From assembly GCA_963708135.1 (NCBI GenBank), contig OY970192.1, positions 4,000,001-4,064,000 of the forward strand: a DNA stretch of 64,000 bases, given 5' to 3'. Each line of letters begins with the position of its first letter. The stretch's first letter is position 1. The DNA comes from an uncultured Gemmatimonadales bacterium. Lineage in GTDB: Bacteria > Gemmatimonadota > Gemmatimonadetes > Longimicrobiales > RSA9. Of the stretch, positions 18,347 through 28,251 are shown piece by piece. A model generated the notes under the pieces. It worked only from the letters and a program-made list of their open reading frames with translations. It ran no database searches and was not told the origin of the DNA. The position numbers and the translations under genes are program-made.

Positions 18347-20319
18347 CCCATCTTGAACAGTTTGGAAGGGGTACGCGTCCGAAAGCCGTTGTGCCGCAAC
18401 AATCCGACCGCCGCCGCCGCCGATCTGTAGTGCCACAGAGTGCACCCCTAGACTCGCCCGTAAAGCAGGCTAACAACATTGCATCAGCGCCGGTCCACGC
18501 GTAGCTTGCCGTAGTGCTCCAACCGGCGAGGCGCCCGTGTTCCTGCGCAGCAAGCGAAGCGGCCGATACGAGTACCTGCAACTCGTCCACAACACGCGCG
18601 TGGACGGCCACATCCGCCAGCAGGTGCTGGCCACGCTGGGGCGCCTGGACCGGCTGCGGGGCAGCGGGCAACTGGACGGGCTGATCGCTTCGCTCAGCCG
18701 CTTCTCGGAGGTGAGCGCGGTGCTGGGCCCCGAGGGGCGCACGGCCCGCGAGGGGGCGGAGACAATCCGGATCGGCCCCGCACTCCTCTTCGAGCGGCTG
18801 TGGGAGGAGAGCACCATCGGGCCGGTGCTGCGGCGCGCGCTGGGGGCTCGGCGCTTCGAGTTCGACCTGGAGCGGGCGGTCTTCCTCACGGTGCTGCACC
18901 GGCTTTTCGCCTCCGGGAGTGATCGTGCGGCGGAGTACTGGCGGCAGGACTACCGCATCGGGGGTGTCGAGGACCTGGGGCTGCACCACCTCTACCGGGC
19001 CATGGCGTGGCTGGGCGAGGTGCTGCCGGCGAGTGAGCAGGTGGACGCAGCGCTGTTCGCGCCGCGCACGCGGAAGGACGCGCTCGAGGAGGCGCTGTTT
19101 GCAGCGCGGCGCGACCTCTTCAGCAGCCTGGACCTGGTCTTCTTCGACACCACTTCGCTGTACTTCGAGGGCGCGGGCGGGGAGCGGCTGGGCCGCTTCG
19201 GGAAAAGCAAGGACCACCGCCCCGACCGGCACCAGATGGTCGTGGGCGCGATCCTGGACACGGAGGGGCGCCCCGTCGCGAGCGAGCTCTGGCCGGGCAA
19301 CACGGCGGATGTGCGGACACTGCTCCCGGTCGTGGACCGGCTGCGCAGCCGGTTTGCGCTGGAGGAGCTCTGTGTCGTGGCCGACCGGGGCATGATCAGC
19401 CGCGCGACCATGGCGGCGCTCGAAGGCGAGGACACGCGCTGCCACTACATCCTGGGCGCGCGCATGCGGAAGGTGAAGGAGGTGCGCGAGGTGGTGCTCG
19501 CCGACCCGGCGCCGTTCGAGGCGGTGCGCGGGCCGCGCACGCGAAGCGAGGACCCGGCACCGCTCCAGGTGAAGGAGGTCCGCGTCGGTCCGCGGCGCTA
19601 CATCGTCTGCTTCAACCCCGAGCAGGCGAAGAAGGAGCGCGCGGACCGGGAGGCGATCCTCACCGCGCTGGAGGCGCAGCTCCGCCAGGGCGAGGGGAGC
19701 CTGGTCGGCAACAAGGGCTGCCGGAAGTACCTGAAGACGCCCGGTCAGCACTTCGAGATCGACGATGCCCGGGTGGAGGCGGAGGCGCGCTACGACGGGC
19801 TCTGGGTCCTCCAGACCGACCTGGAGCTGCCCCCGGCCGAGGTCGCGCTCCGCTACAAGGAGCTCTGGCAGGTCGAGGCGCTCTTCCGCAGCATGAAGTC
19901 CGTCCTCGACACCCGGCCGATCTACCACCAGAGCGATGCGGCCATCTGCGGCCACGTCTTCGCGAGCTTCCTGGCGCTCGTGCTCCTGGACGAGCTGCGC
20001 CGGCGCATGGACCGCCGCGGCTTCGGCTACGAGTGGGCCCGGCTGCGGGCGGACTTGGACGCACTGGAGGAGATCCGGTTGGAGGCCGTCGGCCGCACCG
20101 TGCTCGTGCGCAGCCTCCCGCGCGGCGCGGCGGGCGCGGCGCTCCAGGCCGCCGGTGTCGCTCTCGGCCCCGCCGTGCGCTTCGTCGAGCTGGAGCCCGA
20201 CGCAGGCGAGTAGCCTTCCTACCCGCACCTCCCCCCAAGACCGTAGTGCCAAGGCGCCGTGCCACGCCCGTAACTCTGCATCACAGCCACACTTGCAAAT
20301 CGCTACTGTTCAAGATGGG
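18347..20319 (+). mobile_element. IS1634-family insertion sequence (1973 bp)
   Basis: Perfect 15-bp terminal IRs CCCATCTTGAACAGT (18347-18361 and 20305-20319); 5-bp TSD TCAAG (18342-18346 and 20320-20324). Confidence 0.92.
18537..20213 (+). CDS. IS1634 family DDE transposase
   Basis: YEYLQLVHNTR N-terminus, FFDTTSLYFEG, GKSKDHRPD, VADRG, YKELWQVEALFR, RPIYH. Confidence 0.92.
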   Translation: MFLRSKRSGRYEYLQLVHNTRVDGHIRQQVLATLGRLDRLRGSGQLDGLIASLSRFSEVSAVLGPEGRTAREGAETIRIGPALLFERLWEESTIGPVLRRALGARRFEFDLERAVFLTVLHRLFASGSDRAAEYWRQDYRIGGVEDLGLHHLYRAMAWLGEVLPASEQVDAALFAPRTRKDALEEALFAARRDLFSSLDLVFFDTTSLYFEGAGGERLGRFGKSKDHRPDRHQMVVGAILDTEGRPVASELWPGNTADVRTLLPVVDRLRSRFALEELCVVADRGMISRATMAALEGEDTRCHYILGARMRKVKEVREVVLADPAPFEAVRGPRTRSEDPAPLQVKEVRVGPRRYIVCFNPEQAKKERADREAILTALEAQLRQGEGSLVGNKGCRKYLKTPGQHFEIDDARVEAEARYDGLWVLQTDLELPPAEVALRYKELWQVEALFRSMKSVLDTRPIYHQSDAAICGHVFASFLALVLLDELRRRMDRRGFGYEWARLRADLDALEEIRLEAVGRTVLVRSLPRGAAGAALQAAGVALGPAVRFVELEPDAGE

Positions 20320-20876
20320 TCAAGTCTTGTCGCAAACTGGGAATCCCGACCTACTTCACGGCTCTCGGCTCCCTCCGCAGTGACGGGCGGGATCTGCCCG
20401 GCTAGGCTCGTCAACTCAACAAATTGAGCCAGAAGACGGTTGGTGCGCCAATGTACCCACCGCGGGATGACGACAGTTGGCAGATTCACGCGACTCTCGC
20501 TCCCCGGCAAGGTGAACCCGTGCTGGCAAAGACAACCAGCGGACCGCTGAACTCTGCTCGGCTGGATCAAACGCTCCACATGCTTGGCGTAGACACTGTC
20601 CTCGTTGTCGGCGTGACCACGGACGTTTGCGTTACTCAGGCAGCCCGCGAGTTGGCCAATGGCGGCTTCAGCGTCATCATTCTTGCAGACAGCTGTGCCG
20701 CTCCAGGCGACGATCGACACCGATCGGCGCTGGAGACGTTCGCCATGGTATTTGGACGCGTTTGTTCAACCCGGTCGGTTTTAGAGGCGCTTGAAGAGAA
20801 CTAACGCGCCGCCTCTAGGCCCCTTTGGGCAGCTTCTTGTCCCATCCTGCTATTGCAATCGGCGGGAGCTTTTCTT

Positions 20877-21677
20877 CTATTTGGACCGTCCGCTGCCCGC
20901 GTCCCTTTTCGTGGAGCACGCCTGCTCCCGGCGAAGCCAACTCTCTACAATCCACTCCCAGCCCAAGCACGATTTCACGTCGGTCGGGCGGCATCCGACC
21001 AGCCTTTTCATCTGATTGCTCATCGTAAAGGCATCTGGGTAGCCGAACATTGACGCAACGCTCCCCGCACTCCGCTGGGTGTGCTGGAGGTGGATGCTGA
21101 CGTGGAGCAGCCGGGCGAACTGGAGCCAATGCGACGGCACGGGCAGGTGCTGAACTTCGAAATGCCGTCCAAGAGTTCTCCGGGACATATAGAGCTTTCT
21201 CGTCAGCTTTGAGAGGCTGTTGACCTGTGGCGCTAGCCGGAAGATCAGGCGGATTTCTTCCAAGGCGTTTGTATCGACCACGGCGCCTCTCGTGTGGAGG
21301 TATTCGGTTACGCTCGCGGACAGGTCAAGAGGTGGCGTGGCAAGTAGGCGCGCAAGCGTTCGCGGATTGGCCAGTTCCCCCTCCGGTAAGACGGCACGGG
21401 GGTGGGCCGCCGGCAATAGGTCGAGATACTGTCGGAGAGCAACCACCGCCGCTGGCCGGGGTAGGATGATAAACAACGGCACGCCGGCTGGACGACGTTC
21501 CAGCCATCGAGATTCGGCGCAGATGTTCTCGGTCGCACCCAGCCACCAAGCCAGAGCATGCCCACGGGGCGGCTCCGTGTCCGGTCTCCAGGAAAAGTCG
21601 ATAGGAGTGTGAACCTCGTAGGCAGGGGTGAGGAGCGTGAGGCGGTGCTTCCCCTGGGGAATCTCAGGCGTGGACAT
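20877..21677 (-). CDS. AraC-family helix-turn-helix regulator
   Basis: C-terminal MSRRTLGRHF...VASMFGYPDAFTMSNQMKRLVGCRP. Confidence 0.8.
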   Translation of the reverse strand: MSTPEIPQGKHRLTLLTPAYEVHTPIDFSWRPDTEPPRGHALAWWLGATENICAESRWLERRPAGVPLFIILPRPAAVVALRQYLDLLPAAHPRAVLPEGELANPRTLARLLATPPLDLSASVTEYLHTRGAVVDTNALEEIRLIFRLAPQVNSLSKLTRKLYMSRRTLGRHFEVQHLPVPSHWLQFARLLHVSIHLQHTQRSAGSVASMFGYPDAFTMSNQMKRLVGCRPTDVKSCLGWEWIVESWLRREQACSTKRDAGSGRSK

Positions 21678-21829
21678 GGTCGGCTCCAGGCAAGGGGTGA
21701 TCGACGCCCCTAAATTGGCCGACCTCTGTCAGCCCGGTATCATCCGAGGATGCGTAAGCTGAGATAAGGGCAGCAGTTAGGGCCGCGACAACCGCCAGCG
21801 CGAAGCCGCGAGCTGAGGAGGCCTTCAGG

Positions 21830-24800
21830 ATGTCAGCACTTCATCTCATCACTCTAGGACGCTGCGCTCTCCTTTCCGGCGGGGCCGTGGTCCTAAGATC
21901 CCGGCCTAAGGAATTGGCGCTTCTCGCGTACCTTGCCCTATCGTCGGAGCGGCCGGTTACGCGCGTAGAATTGGTGCGCCTCTTCTGGAACGACAGAAAC
22001 GAACGCCGAAGCAGGCACGCACTGAGTCAGGCGCTGCACTCCTTGAAACGTACCTTGCCGAACCTCACGATCGGTTCAGGCGGTGACGAGCTATGGATCT
22101 CGCCAGGTAAGCTTCAGGTGGATGTTAGCCTTTTCAGAACTGCAATTGTGCGCAACGAGCTTGAGGAGGCTGCACGGCACTTTGCCGGGCACTTCATGAA
22201 TGGGTTACGCATCAGCGCTACGCGCGACTTCGAGGAGTGGCAGGAGCAAACGCGGGCACAACTATCACATGAAGCATTGGTCGTGTTTCGAAGCCTTGCT
22301 CGTTCCTACTATGCGGCAGGAGACGTACACCAAGCAGGCCACTTTGCGGCTCAGGCGCTCCGGCTCCAGCCAATGGACGAGCAAATGATCCGGATCGGGC
22401 GGGAGGCGGCTAGTGTTGACCTTCGATCCGCTAATAGGGACACCGTGGCGCAGTTTCCAATTCCAGATTTGAGATCGGAACTGGCGCCGGAGTTGGCGTG
22501 CCGACATCCGACTCTGCCTTTTGTGGGACGGTCACACGAGCTAGCGGCTGCCCAAGAGATTTTTCACGCTGCAGCAGTTAGAGGACTTAGAGTCCTGAGC
22601 GTCACCGGCGAGGCTGGTGTCGGCAAGACGCGATTTTGTGAGCAGGTGCTCCGGTGGGCCGCGATTCGGGGTGCCCGCGTGTTACATGGGCGTTGCTCGC
22701 ACGGCGCGTCACAACTCCCGTACGGTGCAATTGCCAGTGCCCTCGCGGACGGCTTCGACTCAGGGGACCTGAGCGTCCTGTCGACTCGCTTGCGGAGGTC
22801 ACTCTGTCGAATCGTCCCGGAATTGTGCCACCCGCGCGGACAGCAGCTCGCCCATGGGGCTTCGCCTCGTGCGCGACAAGAGATTTGCGAGTCTTCGGCA
22901 CGATTGCTCGCGATCAGTTCCGGCGACCGCCCTACGGCGTTGTTCCTGGATGATTTTCAATGGAGCGACGACTCGACGATACGGCTACTAAGCTACCTAT
23001 TGCAGCGCTTGCCGAACGCGACTCTCTTTGTCCTGCTCGCGTCGCGCCCCAAGCTCGCTACGGAGGGCGCCGTCGCCGCGTTCTTGAGGCACCTCCCCGC
23101 CGATCGCTGCGATTCCATCTCTCTGGACGAATTTGACGAACCCACCGTACGCGAGCTTGTATCGAAGGCTTACGCGGGCCACGCCCATGGCGATCTGCAT
23201 GAGCTTGGCACGGAACTGTTCAGACTCGTGGGGGGCCACGCCTTCTTACTAGGCGAACTGATTCTGGCGGCTCAACGAGACGGACGTGGACCCAATGGCA
23301 ACCCGTCCCGCCCGCAGGACCTGATTGGCCCGCGCACACCGTCATCGATCGAGAGGTTTCTCTCGGAGAGAGTCTGCCAACTGACTGGAGAAGAGACCAA
23401 CGTGCTCGAGGCCACCGCCGTACTCGGCGACCAGGCTACGCTAAACATAATTTCGCGGCTCACAGGAGCGAACGAAGACCGCGCGACTCGCTCGCTCGAC
23501 TCCCTCGAGCGCGCACGGCTAATCCGGATTACTCGAACACGAATAGCGTTTGCACATGATTTGGTTCGGGAGGCGGTATACGCACGTATGGGCGCGGCAC
23601 GTCGGCTTCTCCTTCACAAGCGAGCTGCGGTTGATTTGACTTCCAACGGCAATGTGCCCGTCGGCACGATCGCGCAGCACTGGGATCTGGCCGGGGAGCG
23701 GCCTTTTGCGTTCCAGTGCGCACTTCGGGCCGCGGAGGAGGCGCAAAAGGTCGGCGGAACTGCTGAAGAGGAGCACTTCCTCCAAATGGCTATTCAGAAC
23801 GCCATCTCCCCGAGCAACTTATCACATGCGCGGTGGCGGCTCGCTGAGCACTATTCCACCCTGAATAGGTACGAACATGCGCGCGCCCTGTTGGGGGAGA
23901 TGGCGGCGGCCGAAGATGGGACCGATCCGGACAATGCTTTCTTGGTTGAGGCCATGCTATTCGGCATCGCGGTACGCACTGGAGACATGGATACGCGAAC
24001 ACTGGATCAGAAGTATAAGTCATTATCGGATCCGTATTTGGCCTCTCCAGACAGCGACGGTGCTCTTGAACTCTTGTGGCATCGCGTCTTAGCCTCTCAT
24101 TACCTCAATGACATTAGGTCCTCGCTTGACGAACTGGATCGGTTGGTGGATTGGGGCAGGAATGCTTCAGATCCGAGCCGTGCAGTACGGGCACTGGTGT
24201 TGGCCTCCCACGTCGTTACAGCAAATTTCGGCCTCGACGCGGCGGAACCTCTGATCGCGCAGAGTGTCGCGAGAGCCGTGGAAGCTGGCACCGCCTCGGC
24301 AATGGCATCGGCATTGGCGTGTCGAGCAGCGAACCGTCTCCAGCGCGGGAGGCTAACCGAGGCACTCGAAGATTTTTCTAAGGCTCAGGATCTTGAACAG
24401 AGGGCGGGGCTTTCCTCGTTCTGGATGGGTGCTGCCAACAATTATGGAGTCACGTTGCTCGAGGCCGGTGAGCTGGCCGCTGCAGTTGCGATCTTCGAAG
24501 GGGCGGTCAGCGTGGCGCGTGCGAGCGGACGCATAGATTGGCCCTTCCCAATGCTCAATCTCGCGATGGCGCATTATGAGCGACGCTGCTTTGCGGATGT
24601 CCGCAGGACGTGTCTCGATCTTGTCGGGGATCCGGCGCTTGCGGCGTGTCGACCGAACGTGGCAATGGCGTTGGCGTTACTCGGCCTGGTCGATCTGGAG
24701 GAGGAGAGATTCGCGCGGGCCAGACACTGGAACCTGGCATGTCGTGAATTCACTCCGGAGGACCCGGTGCAGCTGGTGCTCGATATGTCCTACCCCGAGG

Positions 24801-25114
24801 CGCTCAACGCGCGGATTCTCGCGCTCGATGGGCGGCGGGGGGAGGCGATTGCGCGGTTGCGGGCGGTGCTGGCGGCGTATGAGAATCGGGACGTGTTCTG
24901 CCGGAACAGGTTGCGACTGGAGCTGGCGCGACAGCTGGTGGCGGTGGACCGTGATGAGGCGGAGGCGCAGGCGCTCGCGGTGAAGGCGTTCGGGGAGGAG
25001 TCGGGGGCCAGGCCGCTGGTGCGGAAGGCGAGGAATCTGCTGCAGGCAATGGGGCGGCCGGTGCGCGCGGGGGGGCGTGGGGCGCACCTTGCCGCCTCCA
25101 CGGCGCAGAGATAG
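21830..25114 (+). CDS. SARP/BTAD + STAND (AAA_16-like) ATPase + TPR regulator
   Basis: N-terminal LALLAYLAL..RVELVRLFW, FEEWQEQTR; FVGRSHEL, Walker A GEAGVGKT, Walker B LFLDDFQWSD, FAHDLVRE; C-terminal helical repeats. Confidence 0.85.
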   Translation: MSALHLITLGRCALLSGGAVVLRSRPKELALLAYLALSSERPVTRVELVRLFWNDRNERRSRHALSQALHSLKRTLPNLTIGSGGDELWISPGKLQVDVSLFRTAIVRNELEEAARHFAGHFMNGLRISATRDFEEWQEQTRAQLSHEALVVFRSLARSYYAAGDVHQAGHFAAQALRLQPMDEQMIRIGREAASVDLRSANRDTVAQFPIPDLRSELAPELACRHPTLPFVGRSHELAAAQEIFHAAAVRGLRVLSVTGEAGVGKTRFCEQVLRWAAIRGARVLHGRCSHGASQLPYGAIASALADGFDSGDLSVLSTRLRRSLCRIVPELCHPRGQQLAHGASPRARQEICESSARLLAISSGDRPTALFLDDFQWSDDSTIRLLSYLLQRLPNATLFVLLASRPKLATEGAVAAFLRHLPADRCDSISLDEFDEPTVRELVSKAYAGHAHGDLHELGTELFRLVGGHAFLLGELILAAQRDGRGPNGNPSRPQDLIGPRTPSSIERFLSERVCQLTGEETNVLEATAVLGDQATLNIISRLTGANEDRATRSLDSLERARLIRITRTRIAFAHDLVREAVYARMGAARRLLLHKRAAVDLTSNGNVPVGTIAQHWDLAGERPFAFQCALRAAEEAQKVGGTAEEEHFLQMAIQNAISPSNLSHARWRLAEHYSTLNRYEHARALLGEMAAAEDGTDPDNAFLVEAMLFGIAVRTGDMDTRTLDQKYKSLSDPYLASPDSDGALELLWHRVLASHYLNDIRSSLDELDRLVDWGRNASDPSRAVRALVLASHVVTANFGLDAAEPLIAQSVARAVEAGTASAMASALACRAANRLQRGRLTEALEDFSKAQDLEQRAGLSSFWMGAANNYGVTLLEAGELAAAVAIFEGAVSVARASGRIDWPFPMLNLAMAHYERRCFADVRRTCLDLVGDPALAACRPNVAMALALLGLVDLEEERFARARHWNLACREFTPEDPVQLVLDMSYPEALNARILALDGRRGEAIARLRAVLAAYENRDVFCRNRLRLELARQLVAVDRDEAEAQALAVKAFGEESGARPLVRKARNLLQAMGRPVRAGGRGAHLAASTAQR

Positions 25115-25176
25115 GTTGCGGAGTCATCCTCGAAGGCATCCGCACTCCGACCGGCCCTCTTCGGCCTCCCGGTTCT

Positions 25177-25899
25177 ATGCTGGTCCGCAGCCGCATGACG
25201 CGCGACATCATCACGGTGGAGCCGGCCGCCTCGCTGGCGCGGGCACTGCTGCTCATGCACGAGCATCGGATCCGTCACCTTCCGGTGGTGGCGGGCGAGG
25301 ATCTGGTGGGGCTGCTGAGCGACCGGGATATCCGGCTGGCGGCGCCGCCGCCGGGGAGCGTGGTGGAGGGGGAGCGGCAGCGCTTCCTGGAGTCGCGGCG
25401 GGCGGACGACGTCATGGTTCGCGAGGTGGTCACGACGACGGCGGACACGCCGGTCGAGGAGGCGGCGCGTGTGATGGCGCAGCACCGGATCGGGGCGCTG
25501 CCGGTGGTCTCGGGCGAGCGGCTGGTGGGGATGCTCACCACGGCGGATCTGCTGCGGGCGTTCGTGGAGCTCTTCGGGGTGAACCGGCCGTCCAGCCGGA
25601 TCGAGGTGCGGATGCCGAATCGGCCCGGGGAGCTGGCGCGGGTGGTGCGGCTGATCGGGGTGGACGCGCGGCTGAACATCTCGGGGATCGTGCTGGCGGG
25701 AAGCCAGGGATCGCACGCGACGGCCGTGCTCCGGGTGCAGACGGTGGACCCGCGCGGGGTGATCGAGTCGCTCCGCCGCCTGGGATACCAGGTCGGCTGG
25801 CCGGCGCTGGACATGGCTCCGCCATCGCTGGACCCGCACGAGGGTCCGGGGAGCGTGGCGGGTCCGAACTCGCGGCACGCGACGGATCCGGCGCGCTGA
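25177..25899 (+). CDS. acuB: CBS-pair + ACT domain protein (AcuB-like)
   Basis: IRHLPVV..LVGLLSDRD, IGALPVV, ACT motif NRPGELARV; directly upstream of acuC. Confidence 0.8.
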   Translation: MLVRSRMTRDIITVEPAASLARALLLMHEHRIRHLPVVAGEDLVGLLSDRDIRLAAPPPGSVVEGERQRFLESRRADDVMVREVVTTTADTPVEEAARVMAQHRIGALPVVSGERLVGMLTTADLLRAFVELFGVNRPSSRIEVRMPNRPGELARVVRLIGVDARLNISGIVLAGSQGSHATAVLRVQTVDPRGVIESLRRLGYQVGWPALDMAPPSLDPHEGPGSVAGPNSRHATDPAR

Positions 25900-25939
25900 C
25901 CTCGCGGCGCGCGGAGACGCCCCTTCCCCGGACGGCCGC

Positions 25940-27118
25940 TTGAGCCCGACCGCTCTCATCTGGGACGAAGTCCTCGCCACCTACCGCTTCCGGCCGGAGC
26001 ACCCAATGAACCCGCGGCGGCTGCACTGGACGGTGCAGCTGATCGGCGCGCTGGGCCTGGCCGGTGACGCGGCGACGCCCCTCATCGTCCCGCGACCGGC
26101 GACGGAGGAGGAGCTGCTCCTGGCGCACGACCGCGCGTACGTCGATGCGGTGCGCGCGCTCTCGGAGCCGGGCGCGGATCCCATGGATGGCCTCCCATGG
26201 GGGCTCGGCACGGAGGACACGCCGGTCGTGGAGGGGATGCACGCGGCCGCATCGCGCGTGGTGGGAGCCACGCTCGTGGCGGCGGAGGAGGTCATCACGG
26301 GACGCGCCCGGCGGGCGTTCAATCCCGCCGGCGGGCTGCACCACGCTCGCCGCGCCGAAGGCGCAGGCTTCTGCGTGTACAACGACCTGGCGGTGGCGAT
26401 CCGCTGGCTCGAGCGGCAACACGGCGCGCGCGTGATGTACATCGATGTCGACGCACACCACGGCGACGGAGTGCAGCAGATCTTCTACGACGACCCCGAG
26501 GTCCTCACGCTCTCGCTGCACGAGAGCGGCACCTACCTCTTTCCCGGGACCGGATTCGTGGACGAGCTCGGCGAGGGGGACGGATACGGCTACTCGGTGA
26601 ACGTTCCGCTCGACGTGCACACGGAGGACGGCTCGTTCATGGAGGCCTTCGAGGCGCTCGTTCCGCGGCTGGCGGGAGCCTTCCACCCCGACATCATCGT
26701 GCTCCAGACCGGCTGCGACGGGCACGTCCTCGATCCGCTGACGCACCTTCGGCTGACCACGGGCGTGTACGAGCGCATCGCGAGGCTGGTCGGCGAGGTG
26801 GCGGACGCGGAATGCGAGGGGCGCCTCGTCGCCACCGGCGGCGGCGGGTACGCCGCGTACACGGTCGTGCCGCGCGCGTGGACGCTGGTGTGGGGAGCCG
26901 TGGCGGGTCTCGAGGTGCCGGACCGCGCTCCGGACGAATGGCTCCGGGCGGTCCGCCTGGAGGCGGGGGAGGAGGTACCCTGGGCGCTGCGGGACCCGCC
27001 GGACGCCTTTGCGCCCTCTCCCCGGCGCGCGGAAGTCGCGGCTGCGAACCGGCGGACCGTCGAGGCGGTCCGGCGGCGCGTGCTTCCGCTGCTCACGGGC
27101 TGGGGCCTTGCCTTCTAG
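25940..27118 (+). CDS. acuC: Zn-dependent deacetylase, AcuC/HDAC family
   Basis: HPMNPRR, GGLHHA, GFCVYND, DVDAHHGDGVQ, FPGTG, DPLTHL, GGGGY. Confidence 0.9.
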   Translation: MSPTALIWDEVLATYRFRPEHPMNPRRLHWTVQLIGALGLAGDAATPLIVPRPATEEELLLAHDRAYVDAVRALSEPGADPMDGLPWGLGTEDTPVVEGMHAAASRVVGATLVAAEEVITGRARRAFNPAGGLHHARRAEGAGFCVYNDLAVAIRWLERQHGARVMYIDVDAHHGDGVQQIFYDDPEVLTLSLHESGTYLFPGTGFVDELGEGDGYGYSVNVPLDVHTEDGSFMEAFEALVPRLAGAFHPDIIVLQTGCDGHVLDPLTHLRLTTGVYERIARLVGEVADAECEGRLVATGGGGYAAYTVVPRAWTLVWGAVAGLEVPDRAPDEWLRAVRLEAGEEVPWALRDPPDAFAPSPRRAEVAAANRRTVEAVRRRVLPLLTGWGLAF

Positions 27119-27122
27119 CGCC

Positions 27123-27632
27123 ATGGCACTCGAGCTCCCGCTGAGTCTGGCCGACGCGACGGGCGCACCGTTCGTGGTGCGCGCCTACACGCCCGCGGAC
27201 CGCCGCGCGCTCGACGCGATGTACGCGCGCTTCGAGCCGAAGCGGGCCGCCCAGGGCCTGCCGCCAACCGGAGAGGCGAACCTGAAGCGCTGGCTGGACC
27301 GCGTGCTCGCGCAGGGTGAGCACCTGGTCGTCGAGGTGGGTGGCGCCGTGCTCGGCCACATCATGCTGATCCCGATGGACGGCACGGTCGAGCTCGCGAA
27401 CTTCCTGCACCAGTCGATCCGGGGTCGCGGCATCGGCACCCGCCTGAACCGCGTAGCCGTCGAGCTGGCGCGCGAGCGCGGATACCGCAGGATCTGGCTC
27501 TCGGTGGAGCCGGGGAACCGTCCGGCGGTGCGCTCCTACGAGAAGGCGGGATTCCGGCGACTGCCCGGCTCTCTCTGGGCCCCCGAGATCGAGATGCAGG
27601 TGGAGCTGGAGGCGCCGCCGCCGGCGGCCTGA
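27123..27632 (+). CDS. GNAT family N-acetyltransferase
   Basis: RGRGIGT and NRPAVRSYEKAGF motifs. Confidence 0.85.
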   Translation: MALELPLSLADATGAPFVVRAYTPADRRALDAMYARFEPKRAAQGLPPTGEANLKRWLDRVLAQGEHLVVEVGGAVLGHIMLIPMDGTVELANFLHQSIRGRGIGTRLNRVAVELARERGYRRIWLSVEPGNRPAVRSYEKAGFRRLPGSLWAPEIEMQVELEAPPPAA

Positions 27633-27706
27633 GCGCCGGCGTGCGGCGTGCGGCGTCGCCTGAAACGCTGTGGAGACCTGGGAAAGCGGGCGGCGGGAGC
27701 CGGGCG

Positions 27707-28246
27707 TCAGAGCAGTGAGTCGTCGCTCTCGCGCGCTGTCCGGGCGGTTTTCTCGGCATCCTCGCCGAAGACGAGGCCGGTGCCCGCCGCCTGCGCGGCG
27801 AGGGCCTGGCGCAGGGCGCGGATCTCCTCGTCCGTGCGGCCGCTGGCACGCAGGCGGCGGTCCATTCGAAGACGGCGCACTGCGGCCTTCAGGGTACCGA
27901 GGGCGAGGGTGGCGCAGCGGGGCCGGGAGCCGACGATGTCCTCGCCCAGCAGCTCGATCATCTGCTCGTAGGAGAGGTCCTCGACCTGCTCGAAGGTGAG
28001 CTTTTTCCGGTTGACGCGGTCGGCAAGGATCGAGGCAGCCGCCTGGCTGATGGTGCAGCCCTCGCCCTCGAAGCTCATCTCCTCGATGCGCTCGGAATCG
28101 GCGGCGGACCTGAGGAAGACGGTCACCAGGTCGCCACAGCCGGGGTTGCCGCCCGGCATCCTGACGTCGGCATCCTCGAGCGCGCCCTTGTGGCGCGGCC
28201 GCTTGAAGTGGTCGACGAGCAGCGCGATGCGGGTCTGGCGGTCCAC
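27707..28246 (-). CDS. SufU/IscU-like Fe-S scaffold or sulfur-acceptor protein
   Basis: DHFKRPRHKG, NPGCGD, GCTISQA, RPRCA; GTG at 28246. Confidence 0.85.
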   Translation of the reverse strand: MDRQTRIALLVDHFKRPRHKGALEDADVRMPGGNPGCGDLVTVFLRSAADSERIEEMSFEGEGCTISQAAASILADRVNRKKLTFEQVEDLSYEQMIELLGEDIVGSRPRCATLALGTLKAAVRRLRMDRRLRASGRTDEEIRALRQALAAQAAGTGLVFGEDAEKTARTARESDDSLL

Positions 28247-28251
28247 GGAGT

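Larger units (their letters stand above)
18122..20804 (+). pseudogene. Isochorismatase/cysteine hydrolase family gene interrupted by IS1634, with an additional in-frame TAG
   Basis: 5' part ALLVVDMQRYF (18122-18346); 3' part after the IS with KTTSG, GVTTDVCV, ADSCA; excising the IS restores the frame; TAG at 20403-20405. Confidence 0.85.

Noticed and set aside
18342..20252. 636-aa minus-strand ORF inside the IS
   Set aside because: Antisense shadow of the transposase
20403..20405. In-frame TAG as pyrrolysine or programmed readthrough
   Set aside because: The gene is already IS-disrupted, no pyl genes are visible, and TAG ends many genes in this window
16500..24770. Prophage, ICE or classical defence island
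   Set aside because: No integrase, phage, conjugation or recognisable nuclease effector genes, and no att repeats seen
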